The notes under the pieces are model-generated. The model did no database searches and was not told the DNA's origin. It saw only the letters and a program-made list of their open reading frames with translations. A stretch of DNA of 64,000 nucleotides from Octopus sinensis (lineage: Eukaryota): assembly GCF_006345805.1 (NCBI RefSeq), contig NC_043006.1, positions 3,596,001 to 3,660,000 of the forward strand. Direction: 5' to 3'. Both the position numbers and the translations under genes were made by a program. Below, in pieces: positions 52,021 through 63,828 of this stretch. Every line of letters starts with the position of its first letter. Positions within the stretch are counted from its first letter, which is position 1.

Positions 52021-54370
52021 AATTTAAGTGTTCCAAGAACGTGAACTATTTTGTAATTAATATCTTGGAAATTGTACAAGATTAAGGAGATCCGAACGAT
52101 TTTTCCTATACTGTTCTAAATGCTAAGCTAATCATTTCACATTGATATTCAGATATATTTTTCGGGCCTGGTCCCTAAGGTAGAAATTAATATTCAGATA
52201 TATTTATATTTACTTACAGTTGTATGAAAATACGTGTAATTGAGAATACGTGTCAACGTGTATTCATTTTGGTTTATATATCTAAAGGTGGTACGAATGA
52301 CATATGTCCGTGCATTGTAATTACATGCATGAATAAATATAGGAAAACTTTATGCATGAATAGATAAATGAAGGCCTTTTAATCACGTATTAATAATGCT
52401 AAGAGATGCACCTAAATCTTCGTATTTATAGTATAATAAAGGAATCATATAAGTACGGTAGTGAATATATCTATATTGTGGTTTATATAGTAAATATATC
52501 TACCATTTTATGTATTATGACAAAAGATTCTCTATAGGTTAGAATTATATGATATAAAGTATACGAATTAAAATGTAATTTGTAAGCCAGTATCTCAGCA
52601 ATATTTATGTGTGTATTTAGTAAAATATATTCTATTTTTATGTGCTATTTATGTTGAATCAGATATTATACAAAGCGAATGTATATTTCGATACTTCTAT
52701 ATTTAATTTTAACGCATACTTCATATGTTACTTTGTCTTAACTTTTATTCTTGTATTGTACTTAAAACATATTAGTTTGTCTCTCAATTTACACAGAAAA
52801 CAGCATTAGGTTGTATTTACTTAGAAAAGACAATTTGTTTCAAAAGAAAATACGGTGTTGACAACTCGTTCATTTTTCTAAAAGAATATAAAGAATATTT
52901 CTACGTAGAAAAATACAATCCTAATCCTATTGTACTTATAATAATCATTTAGCATTTTCTCTTTCAAATTTTCGACGTTTGTTTATCGTTAGATGTTTAC
53001 AAATAATTTCATTTACCTCAATTCTTGTCATGAATTCAGAAGTTTCATTCAGTAGCTTTCCGTTTTCAAATCCATTTACTATTTACTTTAAAATACCTTT
53101 GTGTAACTTTATATGAAATTTATAGTCTACTGCTACGAATTCTCATAACTTAGATTTCATATACAAACTGCGCGTGTGTGTGTGTGTGTGTGTGCGTGTG
53201 TGCGTGTGTGCGCGTATGTGTGAGTGTATTAACTGTAAATTTTACTTTCGCATATTCTACAATTACTTTGAAATTACAATAGATACCATTGATTTACGTA
53301 GTAAATTGTGAGCTGTCGCTCATATATATTTTGTTAGTTAGATTTCCAGTCGAAGCTACTTATCTGGATTTGTAGCTTATTACTCTACTTACTTGACTGT
53401 GGTACAGTATTTTAGTTTATGACTGTGTTTATCACTTATTCATTTATTTTTTGATTTAAAATTTGTTTTTAGTACAAATTCTTTTAAGGGTTTCGGGTAT
53501 TATATCAGAGGGTGAGATGCTGCGAAGCCGAATGGAAGAGAAATGCAAACGAGTAACCAACAAAGACCGTGAAACCATCGAATTCGTGAGACCGGCTCAT
53601 TAGACAGTATTTTGCAAAGTCAATAGTGTACAGTGCCAAAGATGAAGCATCAGAGATGAACCTAAGACATATATATGTGTTGGGAAGATGGGACTCACAT
53701 TTAAAAAACCGTTATTACAAGCACAAACATTTATTTGTCAGCCCCGATACAAAACGACTATAGCTTTATCGAAGTTTATATAGTTCTTGTGTGAGACCAG
53801 TCCTCACAAATTCAAAATTACCCTGGTCGATTGTAGCTGATACGCAACCATACAGGATCGGAAGTTTCAAATCAAAGATGCGGTGTGACCTTTTTTTAAG
53901 TGAAAAATTGAGAACTTTTAACAGTTTCAACTAAAAACTGAGCTGTTAGCGCCATGAATACTCGCGGTTAAGTATATTTTATATAAATACGAACATACTT
54001 CGATTTGGTTTTGGTTAAGGAAAAATAACCGTAGGTTTCGAAATGTTTAGTTAATGATTCATTAATATAACTTTTAATATGTGTGCGTGTCTATGTAGAA
54101 ATAGGGATTACATGAACCCTTAAGCCACGTAGAGCTCACTAGAAACAAGCAACGTGAAAGGCAGGCGGCGAATAAAAATTATGGGTCTTAACTCCACGAA
54201 GATCGTAAAAGGAACGGCAGATAACTTAGAACCGATTTCTGGATTTGTACTAGGGGTCGCTTGCCCTTCTTCAGCTAAGTCTACGGCAAACGAAGTCAAA
54301 TTTAAGACATATTCACCTTACAATATTTGCTTGTTCGTACGAAGGCTCAAGACACATTCCGAAACTAAGT

Positions 54371-54459
<89 letters not shown>

Positions 54460-54562
54460 CTAGTATCAAGTAAGCATGAATCATGCAGGCAAGTTTAGTA
54501 ATATATATATATGGAAAAAAGTCAAGGTAGAAAATGCTAAAATAATTTTATAAAAGAAATTT

Positions 54563-54598
54563 CAGTACCGGTCTCGGTCATTGAGACTTATTCAACTG
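54563..54598 (-). ncRNA. Degraded hammerhead-like motif
   Basis: cag TTGAATA agtc(tcaat)gacc GAG ACCGGT A ctg. The architecture and palindromic helix III remain, but positions 8, 10.1 and 14 are non-canonical. Confidence 0.35.
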
Positions 54599-54680
54599 TA
54601 AGTATGATAAAAAATTAAATATATATATAATATATATGTGTATGTGTGTATTTGTGTATACACCCCGCCCACAAATATAT

Positions 54681-54908
54681 ATATTCTGTTGTTGTCTGGA
54701 GAGAGTCATTCTCTTTTGGTATCTAATAATTTAACACATTCACCGGTACAATTTCAACTCATTTCTTTTTAATTTTTCTAAAATTTTCGTTGCGTTTTGC
54801 AACCTTTTCAATAGTTTTGAGTCTGAAATAAGTGCAACTTTTACCGGTGAGTGTGTTAAATTATAAGGCACCAAAAGAGAATGACTCTCCCCAGACACAA
54901 CAGAATAT
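54681..54908. mobile_element. Fold-back with arms of about 68 bp whose spacer contains a hammerhead motif
   Basis: 54681-54748 versus 54842-54908 are reverse complements with a few mismatches; flanked by (TA)n. Confidence 0.8.
54778..54814 (-). ncRNA. Minimal type I hammerhead motif with U3-A8 swap
   Basis: cta TTGAAAA g gttgc(aaaac)gcaac GAA AATT T tag: 3-bp helix I, perfect 5-bp helix II, palindromic helix III. Confidence 0.62.
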
Positions 54909-54958
54909 GCTTCAACATACGAACTCACATAAATAATCTTGCAAACCAAATCCCAAAA

Positions 54959-54999
<41 letters not shown>

Positions 55000-55002
<3 letters not shown>

Positions 55003-56273
55003 GGGTTGGACAATATAATGGAAACACCTTAAAATTTCAAACAAATTTATTTTAATTTGGGGTAGGACCACATTTGGCAGTAATTACAGCTTGAATTCTA
55101 CGAGATATGGAGTCGTACAAATTTGAATTGTTTCCAAAGGAATTTTTGTCCATTCTTCAGTTAAAACAGTCTCCAGTTCTTGTAGTGATGATAGTGGAGG
55201 ATATCGACTCCTTACATGTTTTTCTAAAATGCACCATAAATGTTCAATAATATTGAGATCTGGGAACTGTGGTCGCCAGATAAGATGTTCAACTCCACTA
55301 GAATGTTCCTCGCGCCATTCAGTAACAAATTTAGCCACGTGAATTGGTGTATTATCATCCTGAAAGATTGCATTTCCCTCTGGAAACAATTCTGCAACCA
55401 TAGGATGAATTTGATCAGATTAAGTACTTAAATAGTCTTGATTATTAATTCTGTCATGAAGGGAAACCATTGGGCCGGCGAATTTATAAAATATTGTCCC
55501 CCAGATCATCACAGATCCTCCTCCACGTTTAACAGTTGGAAGAAGGCAGTTCGGGTCAAATGCTTCTTATGGCTGTCTCTACACGAATACTCGGCCGGTG
55601 GTCGGAAATAAGGTAAAGGACCACTCGTTCGAGAAAATAATATTCTTCCACTGCTCTAGGAACCAATTCTGTAGGTTTTTATTCCACTCTAAACGCTTTG
55701 CAACGTTTGTTTTTGAAAGTAATTGTTTTCTGATTGCAGCCCTCCCATAAAACTCGGCTTTGTAAAGATCTCGGTGAACTGCTTTTGTGAAAACTGGGTT
55801 CTCTAGGTGGTCATTAAGCTCTGCGGTAATTTTAGGAGGTGTATTTTGCGATCCTATCTAACAATTCTCGTAAGAGTCCGACGGTCCCTATCTGAAAGTT
55901 TTGGTTTTCTTCCAGAGTCTTGTTTGGATGAGGAGGGTTTTTTTCCTCTTTCTCAAAGGCTGCTGTCATTACTTTCTAGACAGTACTTCTTGATACACCA
56001 AGCATTTCAGCTGTTTTCGTTACGCTAACGCCTGCCATACGAACACCAACAATTTGACCTCTTTGAAAGTCCGATAGATCTGTCGTTCTAATGAATTTTA
56101 ATTACCTTTCTCTGATGATATCTGAAAAGAAACAGCAATTTTAGCAAAACATATTAAGCAGCACTAATAATAAATCAAAAATCATAAAATTAAACAAGCT
56201 TTTGACGATTTTATAGATATTTCAAAATTATGATTCTATGATGCTAAGTGTTTCCATTATTTTGTCCAACTCC

Positions 56274-56275
<2 letters not shown>
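55000..56275 (-). mobile_element. Full-length decayed Tc1-type transposon with DD36E catalytic spacing
   Basis: TIRs caggggttggacaatataatggaaacac / gtgtttccattattttgtccaactcctg, TA on the left. Transposase about 55052-56086 reads TDLSDFQRGQIVG...FQDDNTPIH...PDLNIIEHLW...GPTP; 36 residues between D and E; start codon mutated. Confidence 0.93.
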
Positions 56276-56308
<33 letters not shown>

Positions 56309-56316
<8 letters not shown>

Positions 56317-56591
56317 ATTGGTGAATTGAAGAAATGGAGCTGAACGCAGATTGAACAGAAATCGTTTTATTTCATTCTACACGTGTTTCGAAAGGCACAA
56401 ATTACCAAAATCCGATTGAATAATGGGACCATATTGTGTCTTTCTCTTCCTGAAGAGAAAGACACAATATGGTCCCATTATTCAATCGGATTTTGGTAAT
56501 TTGTGCTTTCGAAACACGTGTAGAATGAAATAAAACGATTTCTGTTCAATCTGCGTTCAGCTCCATTTCTTCAATTCACCAATAATGTTTT
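56309..56591. mobile_element. Near-perfect 283-bp palindrome; inverted Penelope pLTR-like
   Basis: 56309-56449 is the reverse complement of 56452-56591 apart from one indel; 2-nt centre; left flank is (TA)n; further repeat sequence runs to about 56730, then (TA)n. Confidence 0.92.
56447..56525 (+). ncRNA. Type I hammerhead motif (C3-G8) with extended helix II
   Basis: ttc CTGAAGA gaaag-a-cacaa(loop)ttgtg-ctttc GAA ACACGTGT A gaa; 8-nt palindromic helix III. Confidence 0.72.
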
Positions 56592-56726
56592 AATTTCAAT
56601 TATCCGCACCAACGCCAGATGGTTGTACTCCAACCGTGCTGTTTACTGCTGTGATTTTTGCTACTAAGGTATCGGTTTAAACTTTTGATTAATCTACTAC
56701 AAGATTATTCATCTTTCTATTTCACA

Positions 56727-56762
<36 letters not shown>

Positions 56763-57616
56763 TATATATATATATAACGTTTTTAATTTGTGTAGCATGA
56801 CGCAATTGTTTCCTTGATGGTCAATTGTGGAACATCCAATAAAGAATTAAGAATTTGCAAATAACTACAACTGTGAAACGTGCGTAGGAAACAAATGAGA
56901 TATACTTGTGTTTAGCATAATTTCTTACATATGTGTGTGAGAGTGTTTGTGTGTGTATGCATGTATGAATCTATATATGTTTGCGTGTATGCATAAGGGT
57001 AATCAGATTTATCTATGTCTCTTCTTGTCTTTCCATATCTCCTAAAATGTCCGTTGCTACCCTAAATTCTCTGACTTCCCTAAATACAAATAATCAAGTC
57101 ACACGTCCCTTACCCAAAAGAATGCACGTGATTTGTTTGAATGCGCCAACGACATACGTATTGCCAAATGGACGTCCAAAACTGTAAAGATTTCTCTAGC
57201 CAGATGCCTTGGCTCGTTGAACTCCATCTTAAAGTTTATTTTCATAAGCATTTTCCTCATTCTTATAATTTCTATCTATTTATATTTAAAAATAAATTTC
57301 GTCTGTCATGTGTTATGCTTTCCAAATACGTATTCAACTGTGGTTTCATGTCTACATCTGTTGTGCCCTAATCCCCCCCCCCCAAACGCCTCAGCAATAT
57401 TGTTTTGATTTACTCGCATCTGGCATTTCGTTTGCTTAGCGTTCTTTGACACAGTTCACTTGTTGATAGAATTTTCTTTCATTATTAATAAACATTCTGT
57501 TTTGTTTATATTACTTGATCCGATCCACATATCTATTTATTTTCCCTGTCTTCGCCTTAATTCCGTCTATTTTTTAGTTTGTACCCTGTGAGACTTTATC
57601 ATCATCATCATCATCG

Positions 57617-57671
<55 letters not shown>

Positions 57672-57697
57672 TATTATTATTATTATAATTATTATTA

Positions 57698-57744
<47 letters not shown>

Positions 57745-57776
57745 TATTATCATCATTATTATTATTATTATTATTT

Positions 57777-58306
57777 GGTGAGAGAGCAGTCCATGCCATC
57801 GAAGTGACACTGGGGCACAAATATACGAAGCCATATATACCCATCATGTATACCCGTCTGATAAGGGTACACCAGGCATATGTGCGCGACATGATCTTAT
57901 ATCAAGATGAAAGCCCATGACTTTGCAGATGAGGCTCACTTAGAATTTTCTTCGGCTCAAGTAGCCACTCAAAAGGTACCTGAATAAGGCTTGTTTAAGG
58001 ATATTGAACGAAGCACTCGTGTTTCCAGAGTTGCATTCCTGAAACCTCAAAGTATTCCTCTCAACACATGACAATAATGGTCCCCCACTACTTTTGCTCG
58101 TGATCAGAGATGCACATATCGTCAGCCACTAAGGGACATGCTCAACTGGTTAAGATCAAGCAACTGACAAGCAAATCTGTGGTATTGAGCAGAATAGTTA
58201 CTGTAGTCCATCTTTTATACCAAGACAAAACAATGTACATGATAACACTTCCAATCAGTTAAGATCAGAAGCCATGAGAGCCAGTACCTGGTATTGCATC
58301 AGGGAC
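57777..58306. mobile_element. Fixed-ended non-coding element of about 530 bp in (TTA)n, copy J2
   Basis: Colinear with 48567-49103 and shares both termini. Confidence 0.85.
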
Positions 58307-58315
58307 TTATTATCA

Positions 58316-58375
<60 letters not shown>

Positions 58376-58376
<1 letters not shown>

Positions 58377-61035
58377 TTTTTTTTTTCTTCTTTCAAATTT
58401 TCTTCCATTTCTTGCCGAGTGTCTTCCCGACTCCTAGGGCAAAGAAACTCATAGTGTATATTGGTAGGCCATTAAACCAAACTCAGTAGTTCGTTCATTT
58501 TTTTTTTTTTTTTATTTTTTTTAAAGTTAAATTAAAATACATGAGCAGCAACAGTTCTCACATCGACAATGCTCTTCTCAATACGTGTGATGTACCAGTT
58601 AAGACAATCTTTTGCACTTCTTGCAGGGATGGTAAGCCAGGGATCATTCTCATATAATTTTCGGTTCCCTTCTTGATCATTCCTAGTGCTCCTACGATCA
58701 CTGGTATTGTAACCGCCTTGAGATGCACATTTTCTCAATTTCAATGAGTAGGTCTTTATATTTTCTGAGCTTGTCAAACTCTTTCGCTGAGATATTATGA
58801 TCACAGGGGATGCTCATGTCGATCAATAAGCAAACTTTATTGTTTTGGTCTTTCACAACAATATCTGGTTTATTGGCCTTGATGGTTCGGTCTGTATGTA
58901 GTGGAAAGTCCCACAGAATGGTTACATTTTCTCCTTCAGTTACAGCCTCAGGGTGGTGATTATACCACTTGTCGGCAGTTTTGATATTGTAATGCCGACT
59001 TATTAGCCAGTGGAGATATTGGCCAACTCTGTCATGTCTTAATTTATACTCCACTGGTGCTAAAACTTTACATCCAGAGATTAGGTGGTCCACTGTTTAT
59101 CATGTCGTTGCAGAATCGGCATTTTGGGTCTGCTCCATTTTTCATCACATTGGCCTGGTAGTTCCGGGTTAATAGGCTTTGGTCTTGAGCAGCCAGGATG
59201 AAACCTTCGCTCTCTGCTTTTAGCCCTGAGCTCCGCAGCCACTGATGGGTTTGCTTCTGGTCAACATCAGCTTGTTTGCTGCGGGTCACATATTTGCCGT
59301 GCAGAGGTTTCTCCTCCCACCTATCAGCCAATTGTTCGTGCGCTTTTTTCATTGCTATCATTTTCACCTTTGCAACAATGGTTGCCGTACTTCCCTCGGG
59401 TTGTTCAGTTTGGGTATCCTGCACGAGATCAATAGCAAATTTTTTGGTTTCCTTGATGATAGAATGAAGCTTCTTTCGTCTCTCGTGATTTTCCACGAGC
59501 TTTAGCATCCAGTCATTCGATATTTCGAGATATTTGGCCAGTCCAATTGTGGTTGTTTTGTAAGCTAGTTCAAATTGGATCAGGCCTCGACCTCCTTGGC
59601 TCTGGGAAGGTAAAGGCGATCTACGTCTGCCTTTGGGTGGTGCATCCTATTACAACTCAGCAGCTTGCGTATTTTTCTATCTATATTCTTTACTTCACTC
59701 ATATTCCAGTTCAACACATTGTAGCTATAAGTAACAACTGGAACTGCTAAGGAATTTATAGCTAACACCTTGTTACGTGCATTTAGTTCAGATTTCAGGA
59801 CTGCACGAACTCTCATATAACATTCCTTCCTGATTTTCTCTTTCATGCTTGCATGCTGAATACCAGAGCCTTCATTTATCCCTAAATATTTGTATGTCTG
59901 TTCTTGCTCAAGCTCTCTTATGACTGTGTCAACATCTAACACGACTGAATTTGTGGTCTTCACTTTCCCTTTCTGGAAAGTGGCCTTGGCACACTTCTCA
60001 AGTCCAAACTCCATCCCGATGTCATGGCTGAATGCTTTCACGGTGCGCAATAGGCCTTCAAGTTCATTATTGTCTTTACCATAAAGTTTTAAGTCATCCA
60101 TATAAAATAGATGGCTTATTTTTTTATTGGCAATTTTATACCCATACCCTGTTCTGTTTAATTCACTTGTAAGGGGTATTAGGGCTATGCAGAATATTAA
60201 AGGTGAAAGTGAGTCACCTTGAAAAATTCCACAGTTGATGTTTATATTTTCTGAGGCAAGTACTCCATTAGAGTGGTATAATTGGAGATTCGTATTCCAC
60301 AACGACATATTGTGCTTCAGGAAGTTTGAAATCACGGGGGAAATTTTAAAGATGTCCAGCGATCTCAAGATCCATGGATGCGGTATACTGTCGAAGGCCT
60401 TTTTATAGTCAATCCATGCGGTGCTGAGATTTCTGCGCTTGTTGTGACAGTTCTCAAGGATCATACGATTGATTAGCAGTTGATCTTTGCATCCGTAAGA
60501 GCCTCGGCGGCACCCTTTTTGTTCAATGGGGAACATATCGTTCTTCTCCATGAATGCATATGTTTTCTCCGCCAGGATAGATGTTAGGATTTTATACGTG
60601 GTGGATAGACAGGTTATAGGCCGATAGTTTTTTGGAAGGTTGGTTTCGTTATTCTTTGGGAGTAGGTAAGTAATGCCACTTGCTAACCATTCAGGTGTTT
60701 TCTTTGGGTCTCTCAAAATTCCATTGAGCAGCTGAACTAGCTTACCGTGTGCGCACGGGAGCGATGCGAGCCAGAAATTCGGCACCCTATCTTTACCGGG
60801 GGATTTCCAATTATGGGCTTTCGTGAGTGCCTTTCTTAGGTCTGCTATTGTGATGTCTTCCCATGCTTGTTGTTGTAAATTTTGGTAGGATCCTTCAGTT
60901 TGTATAATCCAGTCTGCATTTATGTTGTACGTCTTCTTGTCACTCCAAATCCTTTCCCAAAAGTTTTGAACTTCTTCCATGGGAGGTGGGTCTTTAACGG
61001 TTACTTTCTCCTTCCCTATTTCTCTGTAGAATTTA
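58376..61035 (-). mobile_element. R4/Dong-clade retrotransposon, 5'-truncated; longest copy in the window (copy H)
   Basis: ORFs 59580-60980 (RT), 59068-59508 and 58698-59093 (RHD, ILWDFPLHTD, REL). Stop at 58558, 3' UTR to 58376. (TAA)n on both sides. Confidence 0.96.
59580..60980 (-). CDS. Uninterrupted 466-aa reverse transcriptase segment of copy H (part of a frameshifted ORF)
   Basis: NWKSPGKDRVPNFWL, NYRPITCLST, AWIDYKKAFDSIPH, GIFQGDSLSP, LFYMDDLKLY, YKYLGI. Confidence 0.85.
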   Translation of the reverse strand: MEEVQNFWERIWSDKKTYNINADWIIQTEGSYQNLQQQAWEDITIADLRKALTKAHNWKSPGKDRVPNFWLASLPCAHGKLVQLLNGILRDPKKTPEWLASGITYLLPKNNETNLPKNYRPITCLSTTYKILTSILAEKTYAFMEKNDMFPIEQKGCRRGSYGCKDQLLINRMILENCHNKRRNLSTAWIDYKKAFDSIPHPWILRSLDIFKISPVISNFLKHNMSLWNTNLQLYHSNGVLASENININCGIFQGDSLSPLIFCIALIPLTSELNRTGYGYKIANKKISHLFYMDDLKLYGKDNNELEGLLRTVKAFSHDIGMEFGLEKCAKATFQKGKVKTTNSVVLDVDTVIRELEQEQTYKYLGINEGSGIQHASMKEKIRKECYMRVRAVLKSELNARNKVLAINSLAVPVVTYSYNVLNWNMSEVKNIDRKIRKLLSCNRMHHPKADVDRLYLPRAKEVEA

Positions 61036-61044
61036 TTATTATTA

Positions 61045-61092
<48 letters not shown>

Positions 61093-61105
61093 TATTATTA
61101 TTATT

Positions 61106-61310
61106 AAGGCGGCGAGCTGGCAGAAACGTTTGCACGCCTGGCGAAATGCGTAGCCATATTTCGTCTGCCGTTACGTTCTGAGTTCAAATTCCGCCGAGGT
61201 CGACTTTGCCTTTCATCTTTTCGGGGTCGATAAATAAAGTACCAGTTACGCACTGGGGTCGATATAATCGATTTAATCCGTTTGTCTGTCCTTGTTTATC
61301 TTATAACACC
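61106..61310 (+). mobile_element. SINE family A copy
   Basis: aaggcggcgagctggcagaaacg immediately after (TTA)n. Confidence 0.88.
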
Positions 61311-61348
61311 GCCATATGCAATTTGACATATATATACATGTATGTACA

Positions 61349-61645
61349 TGTATTTTGTTCCTTCTCGAGCCATGCCTTGCTCATAAGGGCCGGTTTCCCG
61401 GTTTCTTTGGCGTGTAGGTTCCCCACCTGGACGGGACACCGTTCCGTCGCAGATGAGCTGCAAGATGCAGGAGGAAAAAGTGAGAGAATGTTGTGGCGAA
61501 AGAGTCAGCAGAAGTTCGCCATTACCTCCTAACGGAGCCGCGTGGAGCTTATGTGTTTCGCTCATAAACACACCCATCGCCCGGTCTGAGATTCGATCCC
61601 GCGATCCCACGACCGCGAGTCCGCTGCTCTAACCACTAGGCCATA
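61349..61645 (-). mobile_element. tRNA-headed SINE, family D
   Basis: Minus strand begins atggcctagtggttagagcagcgg (A box) and gggatcgaatctc (B box), then a body ending ggctcgagaaggaaca. Confidence 0.72.
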
Positions 61646-62339
61646 TTGATGTACATGTATGCGGGTACGTATGTACTATTCGTGCGTGTTTCGGAAGACG
61701 CATACTTTTGTTGATATATGCATTGCGTTTCTGCTTTTGCGTGAACAAGTATGCGTATAAGTGTAGACATGCCGGATGAAACGCACCTATTTTTGCTCAT
61801 ACGAACATTGTACATATCCGTAAATATCTCTATTTATGTGTGCGTGCTTGATTGTGTGTTGGTGGGTGTATGGTCGTATGTATCATATATGCTTGTATGC
61901 TTATGTGTTTGTCTGCATGTATTTATGTGTGAATGTAGGTATGTATGTCAAGGCATATGACTATTTCTGTTTGTGATTGTACATCGTGAAGTCAGATCAG
62001 TTATCACTGACATTTCGCACGTTTTAACCAGTGTAGAAAATTTCACTGCAGTCTATGATTGTGGCAGAAGAAACACAAAAGAAAATAGGTTTAGTTTCAA
62101 CTCACCCACCCACAGCTATTGAAGTCAACTTCTTCAATTGTCAGGAAATGCAAATAATGTCTCAGGTTTTCCCTAAGCTATACACAATGACTTTTGTTTT
62201 TCTACAACAATAATAGCAAAAATAATGATAATAGTATGATCAGATATCTAAGTTACTCATAAGGCAACGCATTGTTTGAGGGTGTTTTTGTTGTTTTGTT
62301 TTTTTTTGTTGTTTTTTGTTTGATTTTGTTGTTGCTCTG

Positions 62340-63165
62340 AGCGGGGAGGAATAGTAGAGTATATCGAGCCTTGGCTGGTACTTTATATTATCGACCTGGG
62401 AGAGAAATAAAAGCATAGTCGAACTCAATGAGATTTGAACTCAGAATGTGATTAAATGCCTCAAGACATCTATCAAGTGTTCCATAATTACTTCCAAATC
62501 CCTGCTTGTCAGTAATCACTGTTCTTCCTACAGGTACAAGACCTGAAATTTTGGGGGAGATGGTATGTCGATTACATCGACGTTCAGTGCTCAACAGGGC
62601 CACAAAAGAATGAAAGGCAAAGTCGACCTCGGTGGAATTTGAACTCAAAAAGGAGAGCCGGGTGAAATGCCGCTACGCATTTTGCCTGGCGCGCTAACGA
62701 CTCTGCCAGCACGTTTTCTTAACTTGTGTCTATAATAATCATTTCTAATATAGGCACAAGGCCTGAAATTTATGGGCCGAGGCGCAAGTTGATTACATTG
62801 ACTCCAATCCTCAGCTGTTACTTATTTTACCAACACCGAAAGAGGGTGAAATTTGAACCTAAAGACAGACGAAATATCACTAAGCATTTTTGCCCGGCGT
62901 GTTAACGATTTTACCAGTTTACCACCTTAACTCTTGCTTGTAATAATGATTTCAAATTTTGGCACAAGGCCAGCTAGTTGAGAGCATTGGGTTAAGTCGG
63001 TTACATTGACCCTAGTGCTCAAATGGCATGTATTTTATTGAACCCGAAAGGATGAAAAGCAAAGTCGACCTCGTCGGAATTTGAACTCATAAGATAAATG
63101 ACGAACGAAATGCCGCTAAGTATTTGGCCTAACGTGCTAACGATTCTGCTAACTCACCGCCTTAA
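62340..63165 (-). mobile_element. Four tandem head-to-tail SINE family A units
   Basis: Units at about 62340-62470, 62520-62710, 62740-62930 and 62950-63165. Confidence 0.82.
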
Positions 63166-63579
63166 CTCATCTCAGTTATATTAAAATCTAACGTATGTCT
63201 CGGGGTTTGAGTTTTGGTGGAGGTCGTAGCGACCCACGAATTTCATAAGTAGTTTGTTTTTAAAAAAACCATGGAAGGATACTTGGTAAAGTCAAAGCCG
63301 GGTATTTTGTCCGACGCAGTTATTACTCTTATAACATACCAGGCTTAAGGATGAAAATAATTTGAAAAATCGGCGAAAAGCCATACATTTTTGCTGCAAT
63401 GTGCAGCCGATTATAGTCTTAGCATTAATTCATTATTATTATCACCTCTGATGATCCTACAAGGCTCTCAAACCACCGCCATTCTGTCCAGTATTCAATG
63501 CACACACACACACATACACACACACACATACAAGTAGATACATACACACATATACTCAAATTACATGTACATATATGTA

Positions 63580-63828
63580 TTGGGTTGGTGTATAATTATT
63601 GCGGCTTTTTTCAACAAATTTTATTCAGCAAAAGCAATAACAACAGGTAACAAAAACACCTTTAAATGATTACTCCGGAGCATATTCACCATCTACTTCA
63701 ATTATAGCTTCCCATTTGCTTGGCAGACGGTCAGACAGTCATTTAAAAATGTTTTATTAAATATCGTTATTGTTTTACTTGAATACAATTTGTGGAAACA
63801 AAGCCGCAATAATTATGCACCAACCCAA
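63580..63828 (-). mobile_element. Non-autonomous mariner deletion derivative (MITE), 249 bp
   Basis: TIRs ttgggttggtgtataattattgcggcttt / aaagccgcaataattatgcaccaacccaa flanked by TA. Interior keeps a transposase C-terminus (DRLPSKWEAIIEVDGEYAPE*). Confidence 0.9.

Noticed and set aside
52218-52281. 64-nt minus-strand exon candidate (YINQNEYTLTRILNYTYFHTT, then gtaagt)
   Set aside because: gtaagt hexamers are expected many times by chance in AT-rich DNA; no homology and no partner exons.
53500-53960. piggyBac-like 3' remnant
   Set aside because: Too degenerate: no intact Cys-rich motif, TIR or TTAA target could be shown.
58280-58306. Hammerhead at the end of element J (minus strand ccctgatgca)
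   Set aside because: CUGAUGC lacks the required G8-A9, and no helix II or GAAA follows.
63445-63476. CTGATGA followed by a short stem
   Set aside because: GAAA and helix I are missing; at best a dead relic.
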